Made by a program: the position numbers and the translations under genes. A stretch of DNA of 64,000 nucleotides, from assembly GCA_937900285.1 (NCBI GenBank), contig CALCEM010000027.1:861-64860 (forward strand). The letters are read 5' to 3'. Source of the DNA: an uncultured Fretibacterium sp. Lineage in GTDB: Bacteria > Synergistota > Synergistia > Synergistales > Aminobacteriaceae. Positions 48,777 through 58,633 of the stretch are shown here, piece by piece (position 1 is the stretch's first letter; each line of letters starts with the position of its first letter). Under the pieces are notes generated by a model. It searched no databases. It was not told where the DNA came from and was given only the letters and a program-made list of their open reading frames with translations.

Positions 48777-48790
48777 TGGTGGAGATAAGG
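48777..48790 (-). repeat. 14-bp copy of the tRNA-Ala 3' end (putative distal att site)
   Basis: TGGTGGAGATAAGG is identical to 51242-51255, in the same orientation. Confidence 0.85.
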
Positions 48791-48839
48791 CGTAAGGAAA
48801 CAAAACCGCGACTAAAACCTACTTGCACTTTGCAGATTT

Positions 48840-49760
48840 TTATTTTGCGCCGGCTCTTGTTAGAAGCCGTATGCATTCGTTCCAATCACGTATCAAGTCA
48901 TTACTGCCATTGTGTTGCCTGACGTATTCCAACATAACTTTGGCATATTGCAGAGCGGACACAGGCATCCCTAAAAAGCACATTCCTTTGTTGACATCAG
49001 CACCGGCCTTTATCAAATATTCGATTGCTTCAAGGTTGGGTCGTACTGATAATTCGTCGCCTTGTACAGCTAAACTTAAAGCCGTGCTATTTCCTGATAC
49101 AGCATTTATGTATGTGCCAGCTTCGATCAAGGCTTTTAACGCTGGTATATTATTACATCCAGCCGCATACATTAGAGCATTCATCCCATAACTGTCAAAT
49201 TTATCTTCCATACCTGCGTCGATGAGAGCCTCTATAACTTTAGGGTCTTTATTGAGTTTTGCTGCTTGAAAAAGAGGGTTGCTTCCGGCACCAATTCCCA
49301 GCTCTATGAACTTTTTTACGACTTGCGCATTATTATAACCTGCAGTCGCATTAAAAAGCATAGACAGCTGGTAGTCTTCAAGCCCTCCAGGATGTCCAAG
49401 ATAAATTAAAGCTGCAATAACGTCCGGGTCTGGATTGTATTTTGCGACAAGTTCATACATATGGTAGTACTCAATGTCAAAATTCAGTCCGGCATCAAAT
49501 AGAGCCTTAACCACGCTGAAATTGTGCTTCTTGAGGATATACTCTGCAGCCGAGTTTCCCGCTTGGTCTCGGGCGTTCGGGTTTGCTCCGTTTTTCAGAG
49601 CTTTGATAATTTCCTGGCCTGAGCCTTGTGCGCAAAGTTCCAGAAATTCATAGTCTGGCTGCGCTTTGTCAGCGTTTTTGAATCTAGCTGCCTCTGAAGC
49701 CTGAGCTGCTATAACCACAAATAGCAACACAAAAATTATTACTTTTGAAAAACTTTTCAT
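48840..49760 (-). CDS. Exported ankyrin-repeat protein
   Basis: Signal peptide MKSFSKVIIFVLLFVVIAAQASEA. Several ANK units, for example GANPNARDQAGNSAAEYIL, NALMYAAGCNNIPALKALIEAGTYINA, and IEYLIKAGADVNK. Confidence 0.85.
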   Translation of the reverse strand: MKSFSKVIIFVLLFVVIAAQASEAARFKNADKAQPDYEFLELCAQGSGQEIIKALKNGANPNARDQAGNSAAEYILKKHNFSVVKALFDAGLNFDIEYYHMYELVAKYNPDPDVIAALIYLGHPGGLEDYQLSMLFNATAGYNNAQVVKKFIELGIGAGSNPLFQAAKLNKDPKVIEALIDAGMEDKFDSYGMNALMYAAGCNNIPALKALIEAGTYINAVSGNSTALSLAVQGDELSVRPNLEAIEYLIKAGADVNKGMCFLGMPVSALQYAKVMLEYVRQHNGSNDLIRDWNECIRLLTRAGAK

Positions 49761-50155
49761 ATGCTACCTCTTAATGTTTTCACCATCTCTAATTGTTCGT
49801 AAGCTCCCTGATGTCCCAGTTGAGCCGCCTGTAACCAGTATTTAACAGCATCTTCTCTGGCTCGCATTTGACGTGCCTTTTCATCAGCTTCCTTTCTTCT
49901 AATGGTGTTCATATCATCATTTTGGGATATGTTTGGACTCCGAGGTCTTGACCAAGACCATTCCTTATTACCCAATTCATAATAGCCTTGGGCAGCCTGC
50001 GCTCTCTCTGCCGGATCTGATGAACTTGCGAGTGACTGTAATTTTGCTAAATGCTTCTGGCGTTTCTCATTCCACTTTGCATCAATTACTCGCCCTATGA
50101 CAAATAGTGCTACGCCTACTACTGCAACTACTATTATTGACCATTCCTTTTCCAT
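49757..50155 (-). CDS. Membrane-anchored protein with Sel1/TPR-like repeats
   Basis: The ATG at 50155 lies 8 nt after AAGGAGG. TM helix WSIIVVAVVGVALFVIG, then AQGYYELGN and VKYWLQAAQLGHQGAYEQL (Sel1-like). Its stop overlaps the ankyrin gene start (ATGA). Confidence 0.6.
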   Translation of the reverse strand: MEKEWSIIVVAVVGVALFVIGRVIDAKWNEKRQKHLAKLQSLASSSDPAERAQAAQGYYELGNKEWSWSRPRSPNISQNDDMNTIRRKEADEKARQMRAREDAVKYWLQAAQLGHQGAYEQLEMVKTLRGSI

Positions 50156-50168
50156 AATACTAACCTCC

Positions 50169-50438
50169 TTAAGAATCAAACTTCAATCTTCCGAGAGAAT
50201 CAAAAAATTCCTTCTCATACTTTGAACGAATCTTCCAATGAGAGCCTTTCAGCTTCAACCTTTTGCTTATCTCAGGATAAACACGCTCGTCATCTCGATC
50301 AAACGTGAAAACATTTTCAACACTCAAGCAATGTCTGCCATCTGTCTGGCCTTCTGGTAAATCTTTCTGGAAAAAGTACGTGCCGACAACTCTGCCGATC
50401 GTGACCTTGCTTGAGCCACCAAAAACATATACAATCAC
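50169..50438 (-). CDS. Small hypothetical protein (about 89 aa)
   Basis: Open frame with no internal ATG. Candidate GTG start at 50438 lies 9 nt after GAGGA; the ORF track uses the TTG at 50447. No family recognised. Confidence 0.35.
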   Translation of the reverse strand: MIVYVFGGSSKVTIGRVVGTYFFQKDLPEGQTDGRHCLSVENVFTFDRDDERVYPEISKRLKLKGSHWKIRSKYEKEFFDSLGRLKFDS

Positions 50439-50443
50439 AATTA

Positions 50444-51016
50444 TCAATCCTCATTTTTTGTTTTTATGGTTAATCTTTTATTTTTATCTATTTTTTTAGA
50501 TAGCTTAACTTTATCAAACACTTTTGCTTTTTTGGACATAATGCTTACAGCTTCTTTCATTACCGAATCATTATGTGTTTCGTGGAACTTTTTTGATGAT
50601 TCGTCAACACTGTAACTGTAAATCAAAGGACCACTAACAGCACTAAGAGAACTAGACAGGTTCTCATAAAAACGGGCATGTGCCAAAGCATATTTTTCAC
50701 CGTCAGAAGTAAATTCATAGTAATACTCAGCATGGTTAATGATTGAAGCTTCTTCCCGTGATAAGCCGTAAGAAGATACAAGATAATCTATAAATTTCCT
50801 TCTAACGCTGGTGTGAGGATGATATATATCCACAGGAGCAATGACAGCAAATGGTAGATCATTTTCATCTATGCCGTAATCCAATAAACCAAACCTCTCT
50901 GACAACTGTTCGTACTTCTCTAAAATATCATACGTCCCGGTATAAAAATCTGCGTTGCAAAGAGAAGCGGACAACATGACAAAACACAAAACTAACCCAG
51001 ATAAAAATTTGTTCAT
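50444..51016 (-). CDS. Secreted hypothetical protein
   Basis: 190 aa. Signal peptide MNKFLSGLVLCFVMLSASLCNA and a lysine-rich tail. RBS GGAGAA upstream. No family recognised. Confidence 0.6.
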   Translation of the reverse strand: MNKFLSGLVLCFVMLSASLCNADFYTGTYDILEKYEQLSERFGLLDYGIDENDLPFAVIAPVDIYHPHTSVRRKFIDYLVSSYGLSREEASIINHAEYYYEFTSDGEKYALAHARFYENLSSSLSAVSGPLIYSYSVDESSKKFHETHNDSVMKEAVSIMSKKAKVFDKVKLSKKIDKNKRLTIKTKNED

Positions 51017-51074
51017 AGCAATAAATTCTCCTATGTTTCAGAAATAGCTTGATTGTGAATTGTAGCGTATGGTA

Positions 51075-51090
51075 TTTTTTTTTTTTTTTT
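51075..51090. repeat. Homopolymer T16 (A16 on the minus strand) in the leader/promoter region of the islet operon
   Basis: Read directly. On the minus strand A16 is followed by taccatacgc and then TACAAT (51064-51059). Confidence 0.9.
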
Positions 51091-51241
51091 AAGAGTAATA
51101 TTACTTATTTTTGTTCAGGCATGTTAAATTATTTTGATTGAGATTGAAAAACAAAAAGCTACCCCCCTGAAACTGAGAGAAGCAACCTTAACTTTCTTTC
51201 TATGCTTATACGACTCGTGATATTTAAACTGCGGTTTTATC

Positions 51242-51318
<77 letters not shown>

Positions 51319-51336
51319 GAAATCTAAAACGCGTGA

Positions 51337-51365
51337 ATTATATTTTAAATTATTATTATTTGCAA
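51337..51365 (-). promoter_or_regulatory. Sigma70 promoter for tRNA-Ala (TTGCAA-17-TATAAT)
   Basis: Minus strand has TTGCAA at 51365-51360, a 17-nt spacer, and TATAAT at 51342-51337, about 20 nt upstream of the tRNA 5' end. Confidence 0.55.
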
Positions 51366-51444
51366 GCTTAAAAATATTTTTATTTTAATTATGAAAATTA
51401 TTTAATAACGAAATTATTTTTTATATGTTATCATTCTGCGCATC

Positions 51445-52305
51445 ATGAATATTTTAATCACTGGTTTAAATTCTTATTTGGGAAATTCGTTTAAAAATTA
51501 TTTGGCTTCATGGCCGAATGTCTATAACACAAAAATTATTGATCTGAGAAAAAATTTAAACGATTATAATTTCAATGGCTTCGATGTAATTTTTCACTGC
51601 GCAGGAATCGCTCACGATGATACAAAAAACGCCGACAAAAATTTATATTACAGATTTAACACTGATTTAACCGCTAAAACCGCACAAAAAGCTAAAGCCG
51701 AAGGAATTAAACAATTTATTTATATGAGTTCGTCAATCGTTTACGGAAAATCCGCCCCAATCGGTGAAAACAAAATTATTAATTTAAATTCACCAGTCAA
51801 TCCCGCAAGCTTTTACGGCGAAAGCAAAATTTTAGCTGAAAATGAATTACGAAAATTAAAGGACGATAATTTTAAAATTTGTATTATTCGCGCTCCAATG
51901 ATTTACGGAAAAAACTCAAAAGGTAATTATAAAATTTTATCGAGCATCGCCCAAAAAGTACCGGCATTCCCAAAAATTAATAATTTGAGATCTATGCTCT
52001 ATATTGGGAATTTTGTCGAGTTCGTTAAATTGTTGATCGATAATAAAGAATCTGGAACTTTTTGGCCCCAAAATAACGAATACTCAAACACTTCACAATT
52101 AATTAAATTAATCGCAGAAGCTCATAACAAAAAAATTTTATTGTTACCGGGGTTTAAATTGCCGTTAAAAATTCTCGCATGCTTCTCAAATAAAATTAAT
52201 AAAGCTTTCGGAAATTTGGTTTACGATCAAAATTTAAGCGAATATAAATTTAATTACCGTTTATATAATTTGAAACAGAGCATAAATCTTACAGAAAATT
52301 TTTAA
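51445..52305 (+). CDS. NAD-dependent sugar epimerase/dehydratase (SDR family)
   Basis: MNILITGLNSYLGNSF (GxxGxxG-type motif) and the catalytic YGESK (YxxxK). 286 aa. Confidence 0.85.
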   Translation: MNILITGLNSYLGNSFKNYLASWPNVYNTKIIDLRKNLNDYNFNGFDVIFHCAGIAHDDTKNADKNLYYRFNTDLTAKTAQKAKAEGIKQFIYMSSSIVYGKSAPIGENKIINLNSPVNPASFYGESKILAENELRKLKDDNFKICIIRAPMIYGKNSKGNYKILSSIAQKVPAFPKINNLRSMLYIGNFVEFVKLLIDNKESGTFWPQNNEYSNTSQLIKLIAEAHNKKILLLPGFKLPLKILACFSNKINKAFGNLVYDQNLSEYKFNYRLYNLKQSINLTENF

Positions 52306-53419
52306 ATAATTCATCGAAGTCATGCATAAAATATTTTTTATATACCAGCTTGCAATTCCGGCTCATGTTAATTAAATCTTCACGCGTCAATTTTAAAATT
52401 TTATTTATAACTTCATCCGGAGCATCATAATTTATTCCGATCTTGAAATTTTCAACGATCTCGCGCATATCTCCAAGCGAATTATTTACAAAGGGCAGAC
52501 CGCATTTTATATATTCAGCAGCTTTTAACGGCATCGCAGAATTTATAATAACTTTCGGAACGCATAAACCTAAATCGCTCGAATTATATATTTTTATTTT
52601 TTCGGCCATGTCAAAAATTACACCGTGCTGAATTACTTGAATATTATTTTTTTCGAGATCATCAACAAATTTTTTTAAGCCCAGTCCAGAACCAATTAAA
52701 TTTATTTTCACGCGTTTATATTTGGCAAGTCCGCACAAAATTTTTAAAGCTAGTTCTGTGTCAACAATATGATTTATATTTCCAAGATGACAGAATGTTA
52801 TTTCATTTTCGGGATTATCAATATTAAATTTTCGTTCTGGAATTTCAAAATTATTTTTGTCTTCATCATAAATTGACGGGTATAAAATTTTAGTGTTTAA
52901 ATCAGCATGAATATTTTTTAAAAATTCTTCCGTAAATTTCGACACGCAAATTATTAAATCAGCTTCATTTATATATTTATCCCGCAAGTTCCGCCATAAA
53001 TTAAACGGTATTTTAAAAATTTTATTGTTCAAAACGGGCATACTCTCCGGCCATAAATCATATACATCAAAAATTACGTGGCATTTAAATTTATTTTTAT
53101 ATTTTATAATTTCCCTCGTTAAAAAATTCGGCGGCAACATACAGTAAATTATATCCGGCTGAAATTTAATTAATTCATCGTAAACACCTTTTGAAAATTT
53201 ATAATGCGAATATATTCTATTGAGCGAAATATTTTTATAATATGCCGGAACATGTATAAGACGAGTATTTTTAAATTGTATTTTAGATTTCTCCTGACTG
53301 AAATGATTAAAATCCGGGATTATGTATTCAACCTGAAAATTTTTGCCCTCAAAATATTCCAAAATCTCGCGCGTCCTAACGTTATAATAATCGAAACAGC
53401 TTATACATACAAATTTCAT
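52289..53419 (-). CDS. Glycosyltransferase (GT-B fold, GT4-like)
   Basis: 376 aa. C-terminal region LGLCVPKVIINSAMPLKAAEYIKCGLPFVNNSLGDMREIV resembles the GT4 nucleotide-sugar binding half. Context is a glycan locus. Confidence 0.65.
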   Translation of the reverse strand: MKFVCISCFDYYNVRTREILEYFEGKNFQVEYIIPDFNHFSQEKSKIQFKNTRLIHVPAYYKNISLNRIYSHYKFSKGVYDELIKFQPDIIYCMLPPNFLTREIIKYKNKFKCHVIFDVYDLWPESMPVLNNKIFKIPFNLWRNLRDKYINEADLIICVSKFTEEFLKNIHADLNTKILYPSIYDEDKNNFEIPERKFNIDNPENEITFCHLGNINHIVDTELALKILCGLAKYKRVKINLIGSGLGLKKFVDDLEKNNIQVIQHGVIFDMAEKIKIYNSSDLGLCVPKVIINSAMPLKAAEYIKCGLPFVNNSLGDMREIVENFKIGINYDAPDEVINKILKLTREDLINMSRNCKLVYKKYFMHDFDELFKNFL

Positions 53420-53429
53420 TTTAAATATT

Positions 53430-54611
53430 TTATTCTCCCTTAAAATTTAAAGCATAGTCACGATATTTCATATAAAATTCTCTTCGCTTAGAATCTAATT
53501 TACTGGCCTCAAAATTTTTTGCCCTCTTAAAATTATATTCAGCATGTTTAATTAAATCGCTGTTTATAAAATTTTTTACGACATTCACGAGGCTTTTAAT
53601 ATTTCCGCGCTCAAAAATTGCTGCACTCTCCAATAATTCAGGATTTCCGCCGGTGCTTGAAGCTATTGCCGGACATGCTCTGCTCATTGCTTCGATTAAT
53701 GCTCGTGATAAACCTTCCTGCATACTCGGCTGTATATAAATATCTATTTCGTCAAGCCATTTAAAAATCTCATCGTGAGTTAATTCGCCTTTAAAAATTA
53801 TTTTGTCACTTAAATTATATTTTTCCGCCTGAGATCTCAAAAATAAATTATTTCCTCCGCCAACAAGCTCATATTTAATATTAATGTTAAATTCATCCCG
53901 TAAAATCTTCATGGCCTGTATAAAATAATGTTGTCCTTTAGCTTTATTATTAATTCCGCCGATCGTCCCGAATATAATATTTTTATTTTGGGGATTATTA
54001 ATTTTATTTATGCGCCCGTTTAAAATATTTTCGTCCGGATCATTTAAAATTACATCCGAAGCATAATCAGTATAACCATTTGAAGGATAAATTTTCTGTA
54101 AATATTTTTCCGTTACGTAAAATGCAAAATCCGCGTTTAAAGCCGTTTTTTTTGCCCACGCCTCCATAAAAGGAGCTAAAATTTTACCGAGCAGGCTATA
54201 ATTATAATACTCATCAAATACACAGCTGAACACTTCGGATAAATAAGGCTTTTTTAATTTTCTCGCGATGTCTGCGGCCATGAAGGCAATTAAACCGCTC
54301 CGAACGATTATTAAATTTTTATCGCGCATGTTTTCGGCCAATAAATTTTTATATTTGTGATATGAGCTTAAAAATATTTTTGGGTTATTTAAATTAGGGA
54401 ATTCTAGAATTTTTAAATTGTTTAAATTAATTTTCTCGTGATGTAAATTTTTATAATCATCATCAATTTTATAAACTCTCGTTGCAATCGTAAGCTCATC
54501 GCAAATTTCCAAATATCTATTAAATAAATTATTCGTCATCGTCGTGCTGGAATAATTATTATTAATGTCCTTATAAATCGGCAGATAATGGCAAAAAATT
54601 CCGCGTATCAA
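53430..54611 (-). CDS. Glycosyltransferase family 4
   Basis: IYIQPSMQEGLSRALIEAMSRACPAIASSTGGNPELL is the E-x7-E motif. TTG start 12 nt after AGGAGG. Confidence 0.85.
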   Translation of the reverse strand: MIRGIFCHYLPIYKDINNNYSSTTMTNNLFNRYLEICDELTIATRVYKIDDDYKNLHHEKINLNNLKILEFPNLNNPKIFLSSYHKYKNLLAENMRDKNLIIVRSGLIAFMAADIARKLKKPYLSEVFSCVFDEYYNYSLLGKILAPFMEAWAKKTALNADFAFYVTEKYLQKIYPSNGYTDYASDVILNDPDENILNGRINKINNPQNKNIIFGTIGGINNKAKGQHYFIQAMKILRDEFNINIKYELVGGGNNLFLRSQAEKYNLSDKIIFKGELTHDEIFKWLDEIDIYIQPSMQEGLSRALIEAMSRACPAIASSTGGNPELLESAAIFERGNIKSLVNVVKNFINSDLIKHAEYNFKRAKNFEASKLDSKRREFYMKYRDYALNFKGE

Positions 54612-54613
54612 TT

Positions 54614-55204
54614 TTATTTTATGCCTCCTTCGTGTACGCCGTCATGTTTTACAACTTTTATAAACGTCCTGAATATGCAATATAAATCAAATAAAAAACT
54701 TTCACGTTTAATATATTCGCCATCGTATTTAGCTTTTATATTAATTTCAAGTTCATCGCGTCCGTTTACTTGCGCCCAACCTGTTAAGCCTGGTTTAATA
54801 TTATTTGCGTTGTATTTGTCGCGCTCTGAGATTAAATCATCTTGATTCCATAAAGCAGGACGAGGCCCAACGATCGACATATCTCCAATTAAAATATTAA
54901 ATAATTGCGGAAGTTCATCGAGTGAAAATTTTCGCATCCATTTTCCGGATTTTAAAATATATTTTTCCGGGTTCTTTAATAAATGCGTCGGAACATCATG
55001 CGGAGTATTTAATTTCATTGAGCGGAATTTATACATATTAAAAATTTTTTTGTTTATGCCAATTCGTTTTTGCGTAAAAAATATATTGCCCCTATCCTCA
55101 AAATAAATTATTAATCCCAAAATTAACATTGGAATAAATAAAATTATCAGCGCGACCAAACTCAAAATTATATCCAGAAATCTTTTTATAAAATTTTTAT
55201 ACAA
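54614..55204 (-). CDS. Undecaprenyl-phosphate sugar phosphotransferase (bacterial sugar transferase, PglC/WbaP C-terminal type)
   Basis: 196 aa. One re-entrant N-terminal helix, then KFRSM...DELPQLFNILIGDMSIVGPRP, the family signature. Confidence 0.92.
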   Translation of the reverse strand: MYKNFIKRFLDIILSLVALIILFIPMLILGLIIYFEDRGNIFFTQKRIGINKKIFNMYKFRSMKLNTPHDVPTHLLKNPEKYILKSGKWMRKFSLDELPQLFNILIGDMSIVGPRPALWNQDDLISERDKYNANNIKPGLTGWAQVNGRDELEINIKAKYDGEYIKRESFLFDLYCIFRTFIKVVKHDGVHEGGIK

Positions 55205-55326
55205 GTTTATACTGCTCCTTTAAATTTTTTCAAGTTTAGCACGCATAAATAAAAATAAAAAAAATCCTCCCGGACTAAAATAATTTTAATTCAAGAGGAA
55301 AATTTAATTTTTATATTTTATATTTC

Positions 55327-57798
55327 TTAATTCAATCCGTAACGCTTTAATAACTGCTGATATTTTTTGTCTACTTCTCTGGCTTCTGATTCTCTCGGCG
55401 GAGTAGGAACATTTTGAGACGGCACATTTACTTTTGGTGATGGAACGTTTACATGATGTGCAGACGGCTGAATTTCTGGAGTTTGCGCAACTGCTTCGCC
55501 AGCCTGCTCAGATAAACTTTCGGAATATGAAGCGCTCGACTTTGATCCCGAACTTGAACCACTTCCAGAACTTGAACCAGATGAGTTTTCTAATTTAGCG
55601 TAATAGCTCTCATCCTGATCAATTAAAAATAATCTCGGCCCCCTTGGATCATTATTCGCAGCCGTGTAACTCCCGCCATGAACAGGACATGATGTTGTCG
55701 GCGTTTTACCTTTCGGGAAATATAACGGAACTGCAGGACAACCAGACCGCGCCAAATATCCCGATGATCTGCAAATTGAAACTTTTGTGACTTCTACATG
55801 ACTGGCAGGAGCTGTGAAATTTTCCGGAGTATTTTCAATTTCAACTGCATAAGACATGAATTTTTTCCAAACCGGTGCCGCCATCGTTCCGCCGAAACCT
55901 CTGCGCCCCATTGATTTATGATCATCACGTCCAGCATACACAACGCTCGTTAAACCCGGTACACCTCCGCAAAACCATGCGTCTATAAAATCATTTGAAG
56001 TTCCAGTTTTTCCGAACGTGTTAATTTTTGGAATTTGCGCCGGCTTTCCTGTTCCTGCTCTTACAGCGTCCTGCAACATTGAACGAATTGTATAAGCTGT
56101 TTCGGGTCTTAATCCTAAACTTGAAGCAGGCTGACGATTTTCTAAAACATGGCCGTCACGATCTTTTATTTCGCGGATCATTAATGGTATTACTCGCTGG
56201 CCTGCATTGTTGAAACAATTAAACGCGACACACATTTCAAGAGGCGTTAAACTTGCTGTGCCGAGTGCCACTGATAAATCATCAGGCAAATATTTAGTTT
56301 CAATTCCCATATTGCGCGCCATTTTTAAAATTAAATCAGTTCCGATATATGCGGCCATTCTCACGGCTACGGTGTTTAAAGAATTTACGATGGCTCGTTG
56401 TAACGTAACTTCACCGGCGTAACCTTTGCTCGAATTTTTGGGCGACCAGTCTTTACCCTTACCGCCTTTATTTTTAAAAGTTATCGGAGCATCCAAAAAA
56501 TGATCGCTCGGCATAATATCTTCTTCGATTGCTGTAGCATAAACGATCGGTTTAAAACTTGAGCCGGGCTGCCTCATCGCTTGAGTTGCTCTGTTAAATT
56601 TGCTGACGTTAAAATCTTTTCCGCCGACGAGCGCTAAAATTTCGCCTGTTTCAGATTTCATGCATACGAGTGCGCCGCTTATTTCTTTCGGAAGCGTGTT
56701 AATTGCTTCGCGGGCTTTATCCTGTAAACGAATATCGAGCGTTGTATAAATATGCATTCCTCCGCTATAAACTTCATCTTTACCGTATTTCGGAAGCAGG
56801 TCATTAAATAATAAATGCGAAACAAAATAAGGAGCGCGATTAAATTCTTCGACGCGGTTAACATTTTTTTGAAATTCTAATTTTTCGTTGTAAGCTGCTT
56901 GACGTTGAGAGGCTGTGATCCATCCTAAAGTTTCCATGCGGCCTAAAACGTAATTTTGTCGTGCTTTAGCGTTTGCGATGCTGCTCGATGGATTATAACG
57001 GCTTGGGTTTGCGATTAGACCGGCGATTATTGCGGATTGTGCTAAATCTAATTTGCTCGCTGATTTTCCGAAATATGTGCGCGCTGCCGTCTCAACTCCC
57101 CAAGCTCCTCGACCGAAATTTATCGTGTTCAAATATAATTCTAAAATTTTATCCTTTGAAAATAATTTTTCCATTCTCATGGCGATAATAACTTCTTTAG
57201 CTTTACGGGTTATGCTTTTTTCGTGCGATAAAAATAAATTACGTGCTAACTGTTGAGTTATCGTGCTTGCGCCCTGAACTTTTTTGCGCTCAACAACATC
57301 GGTCCATAAAGCGCGCAAAATTGATCCTATTCTTATCCCGCCGTGTTCATAAAACGCAGAATCTTCAGCGGCCATGACAGCACGAATAAGCCAGGGAGAA
57401 ACCTGATGTAATTCCAGCGGTGTACGATTTTCAATAAATAATCTCGCTATAACTTCGCCGTTTCTATCATAAATAATTGACGGCAAAGAATTACGAGGGT
57501 TAGCGAGTTCCATCATACTGGGTAGATCTTCAGATAATTTAACAACGTACCAGGCAACTCCGGCACTAACGGCAGCGGTCGCGAGCAGAAAAATTAATAA
57601 TAAAGTCATTAAAAAAATTTTCATGATCGAAATTCTTTTTTTAGGCTTTTTAACTTTCTGTTTTAATTTTTTATTTATTCGTTTAAATTTCCTTTGTCTG
57701 AATAATATTTCATCAGCATCTAAAGGTCTTTTATAATTTTCAGGATCATAATCATTATTTGGGTTAAATTTTTGAAAATAATTATTTTTTCCAGCCAT
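55327..57798 (-). CDS. Bifunctional class A penicillin-binding protein (PBP1A type)
   Basis: GT51 motifs EDSAFYEHGGI and GASTITQQL. Transpeptidase motifs SSFKP, SLN and KTGT. Ser/Gly-rich and NVP-repeat C-terminal tail. Confidence 0.95.
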   Translation of the reverse strand: MAGKNNYFQKFNPNNDYDPENYKRPLDADEILFRQRKFKRINKKLKQKVKKPKKRISIMKIFLMTLLLIFLLATAAVSAGVAWYVVKLSEDLPSMMELANPRNSLPSIIYDRNGEVIARLFIENRTPLELHQVSPWLIRAVMAAEDSAFYEHGGIRIGSILRALWTDVVERKKVQGASTITQQLARNLFLSHEKSITRKAKEVIIAMRMEKLFSKDKILELYLNTINFGRGAWGVETAARTYFGKSASKLDLAQSAIIAGLIANPSRYNPSSSIANAKARQNYVLGRMETLGWITASQRQAAYNEKLEFQKNVNRVEEFNRAPYFVSHLLFNDLLPKYGKDEVYSGGMHIYTTLDIRLQDKAREAINTLPKEISGALVCMKSETGEILALVGGKDFNVSKFNRATQAMRQPGSSFKPIVYATAIEEDIMPSDHFLDAPITFKNKGGKGKDWSPKNSSKGYAGEVTLQRAIVNSLNTVAVRMAAYIGTDLILKMARNMGIETKYLPDDLSVALGTASLTPLEMCVAFNCFNNAGQRVIPLMIREIKDRDGHVLENRQPASSLGLRPETAYTIRSMLQDAVRAGTGKPAQIPKINTFGKTGTSNDFIDAWFCGGVPGLTSVVYAGRDDHKSMGRRGFGGTMAAPVWKKFMSYAVEIENTPENFTAPASHVEVTKVSICRSSGYLARSGCPAVPLYFPKGKTPTTSCPVHGGSYTAANNDPRGPRLFLIDQDESYYAKLENSSGSSSGSGSSSGSKSSASYSESLSEQAGEAVAQTPEIQPSAHHVNVPSPKVNVPSQNVPTPPRESEAREVDKKYQQLLKRYGLN

Positions 57799-57824
57799 TT
57801 AAAATTATTCACACTCCTTAAATT

Positions 57825-58448
57825 TTAAATTTTATTATTATCGCACGTGTTAAAAATTTTTATGATTCCACCTTTACGAGTTTGTCCGGAGTCCCATAAT
57901 TCTTTTAAGCTCACCCATAATTCTTCGCCATAGGTGACAGTCTGTACTTTTAAATCATCGTCCAAAATTTCATAGCCGGATAAATTAAACCAATGCCATT
58001 CAAAATCCTCAAATTCCGGGTTCTCGTGGCGCAATAATAAAAATGGTACTGGTATACCTGAATTAATTTGAGAAATAATATATTTTTCAGCCAGTTTATA
58101 ATTTACAGTTCCCGCCAGTCCTTGAATTTTAAGCGAAGTATTATTTACGCTCTTAAGATAATCCGAAAAGCCGTTAATATAAATTTCAAGCAGATCGATC
58201 CCATGATAACGAGGAGTTAAAAAAGGTTTCATAACGTTCGTAAATTTTATAAAATCTTCGCGCGATAAATTATTTAAATCGAACGGATACAACTCAGGGA
58301 AATATTTTGCTAAATTTATGCATACATCACAAGCAGTAACAGCACCGCATCCGCCTTTATTCATATCCCAATCCGGTAACCAGTCTTGATTACCACCGGG
58401 AGCATTATCGATTTTAAAATAATTCAAAACTTTTTTTTGCATCAACAA
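57825..58448 (-). CDS. Hypothetical protein, possible papain/C39-like cysteine peptidase fold
   Basis: 207 aa. Candidate nucleophile in NKGGCGAVTACDVCI and candidate His in FEWHWFNLSGYE. This is a motif-level guess only. Confidence 0.3.
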   Translation of the reverse strand: MLMQKKVLNYFKIDNAPGGNQDWLPDWDMNKGGCGAVTACDVCINLAKYFPELYPFDLNNLSREDFIKFTNVMKPFLTPRYHGIDLLEIYINGFSDYLKSVNNTSLKIQGLAGTVNYKLAEKYIISQINSGIPVPFLLLRHENPEFEDFEWHWFNLSGYEILDDDLKVQTVTYGEELWVSLKELWDSGQTRKGGIIKIFNTCDNNKI

Positions 58449-58633
58449 TTTTCACCTTCAACGAAATATTAATTAATTTAATTGGTTTATTTTAAATCTT
58501 GTGTTAAATTTAATCGACAATCATTAAAATTTACGTTTCATAATCTTTTGCACATCAATAAATTAATTTACATATGCTAAAATATCCAGCGTTTTAAATT
58601 TGAACAAATAAATTTTATGAGCAGGTGAAAATT

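Noticed and set aside
48791-51241. Integrase, excisionase or transposase inside the tRNA-Ala islet.
   Set aside because: None of the four ORFs, and no unannotated frame I could read, shows recombinase motifs. The element is therefore reported only as a putative remnant islet.
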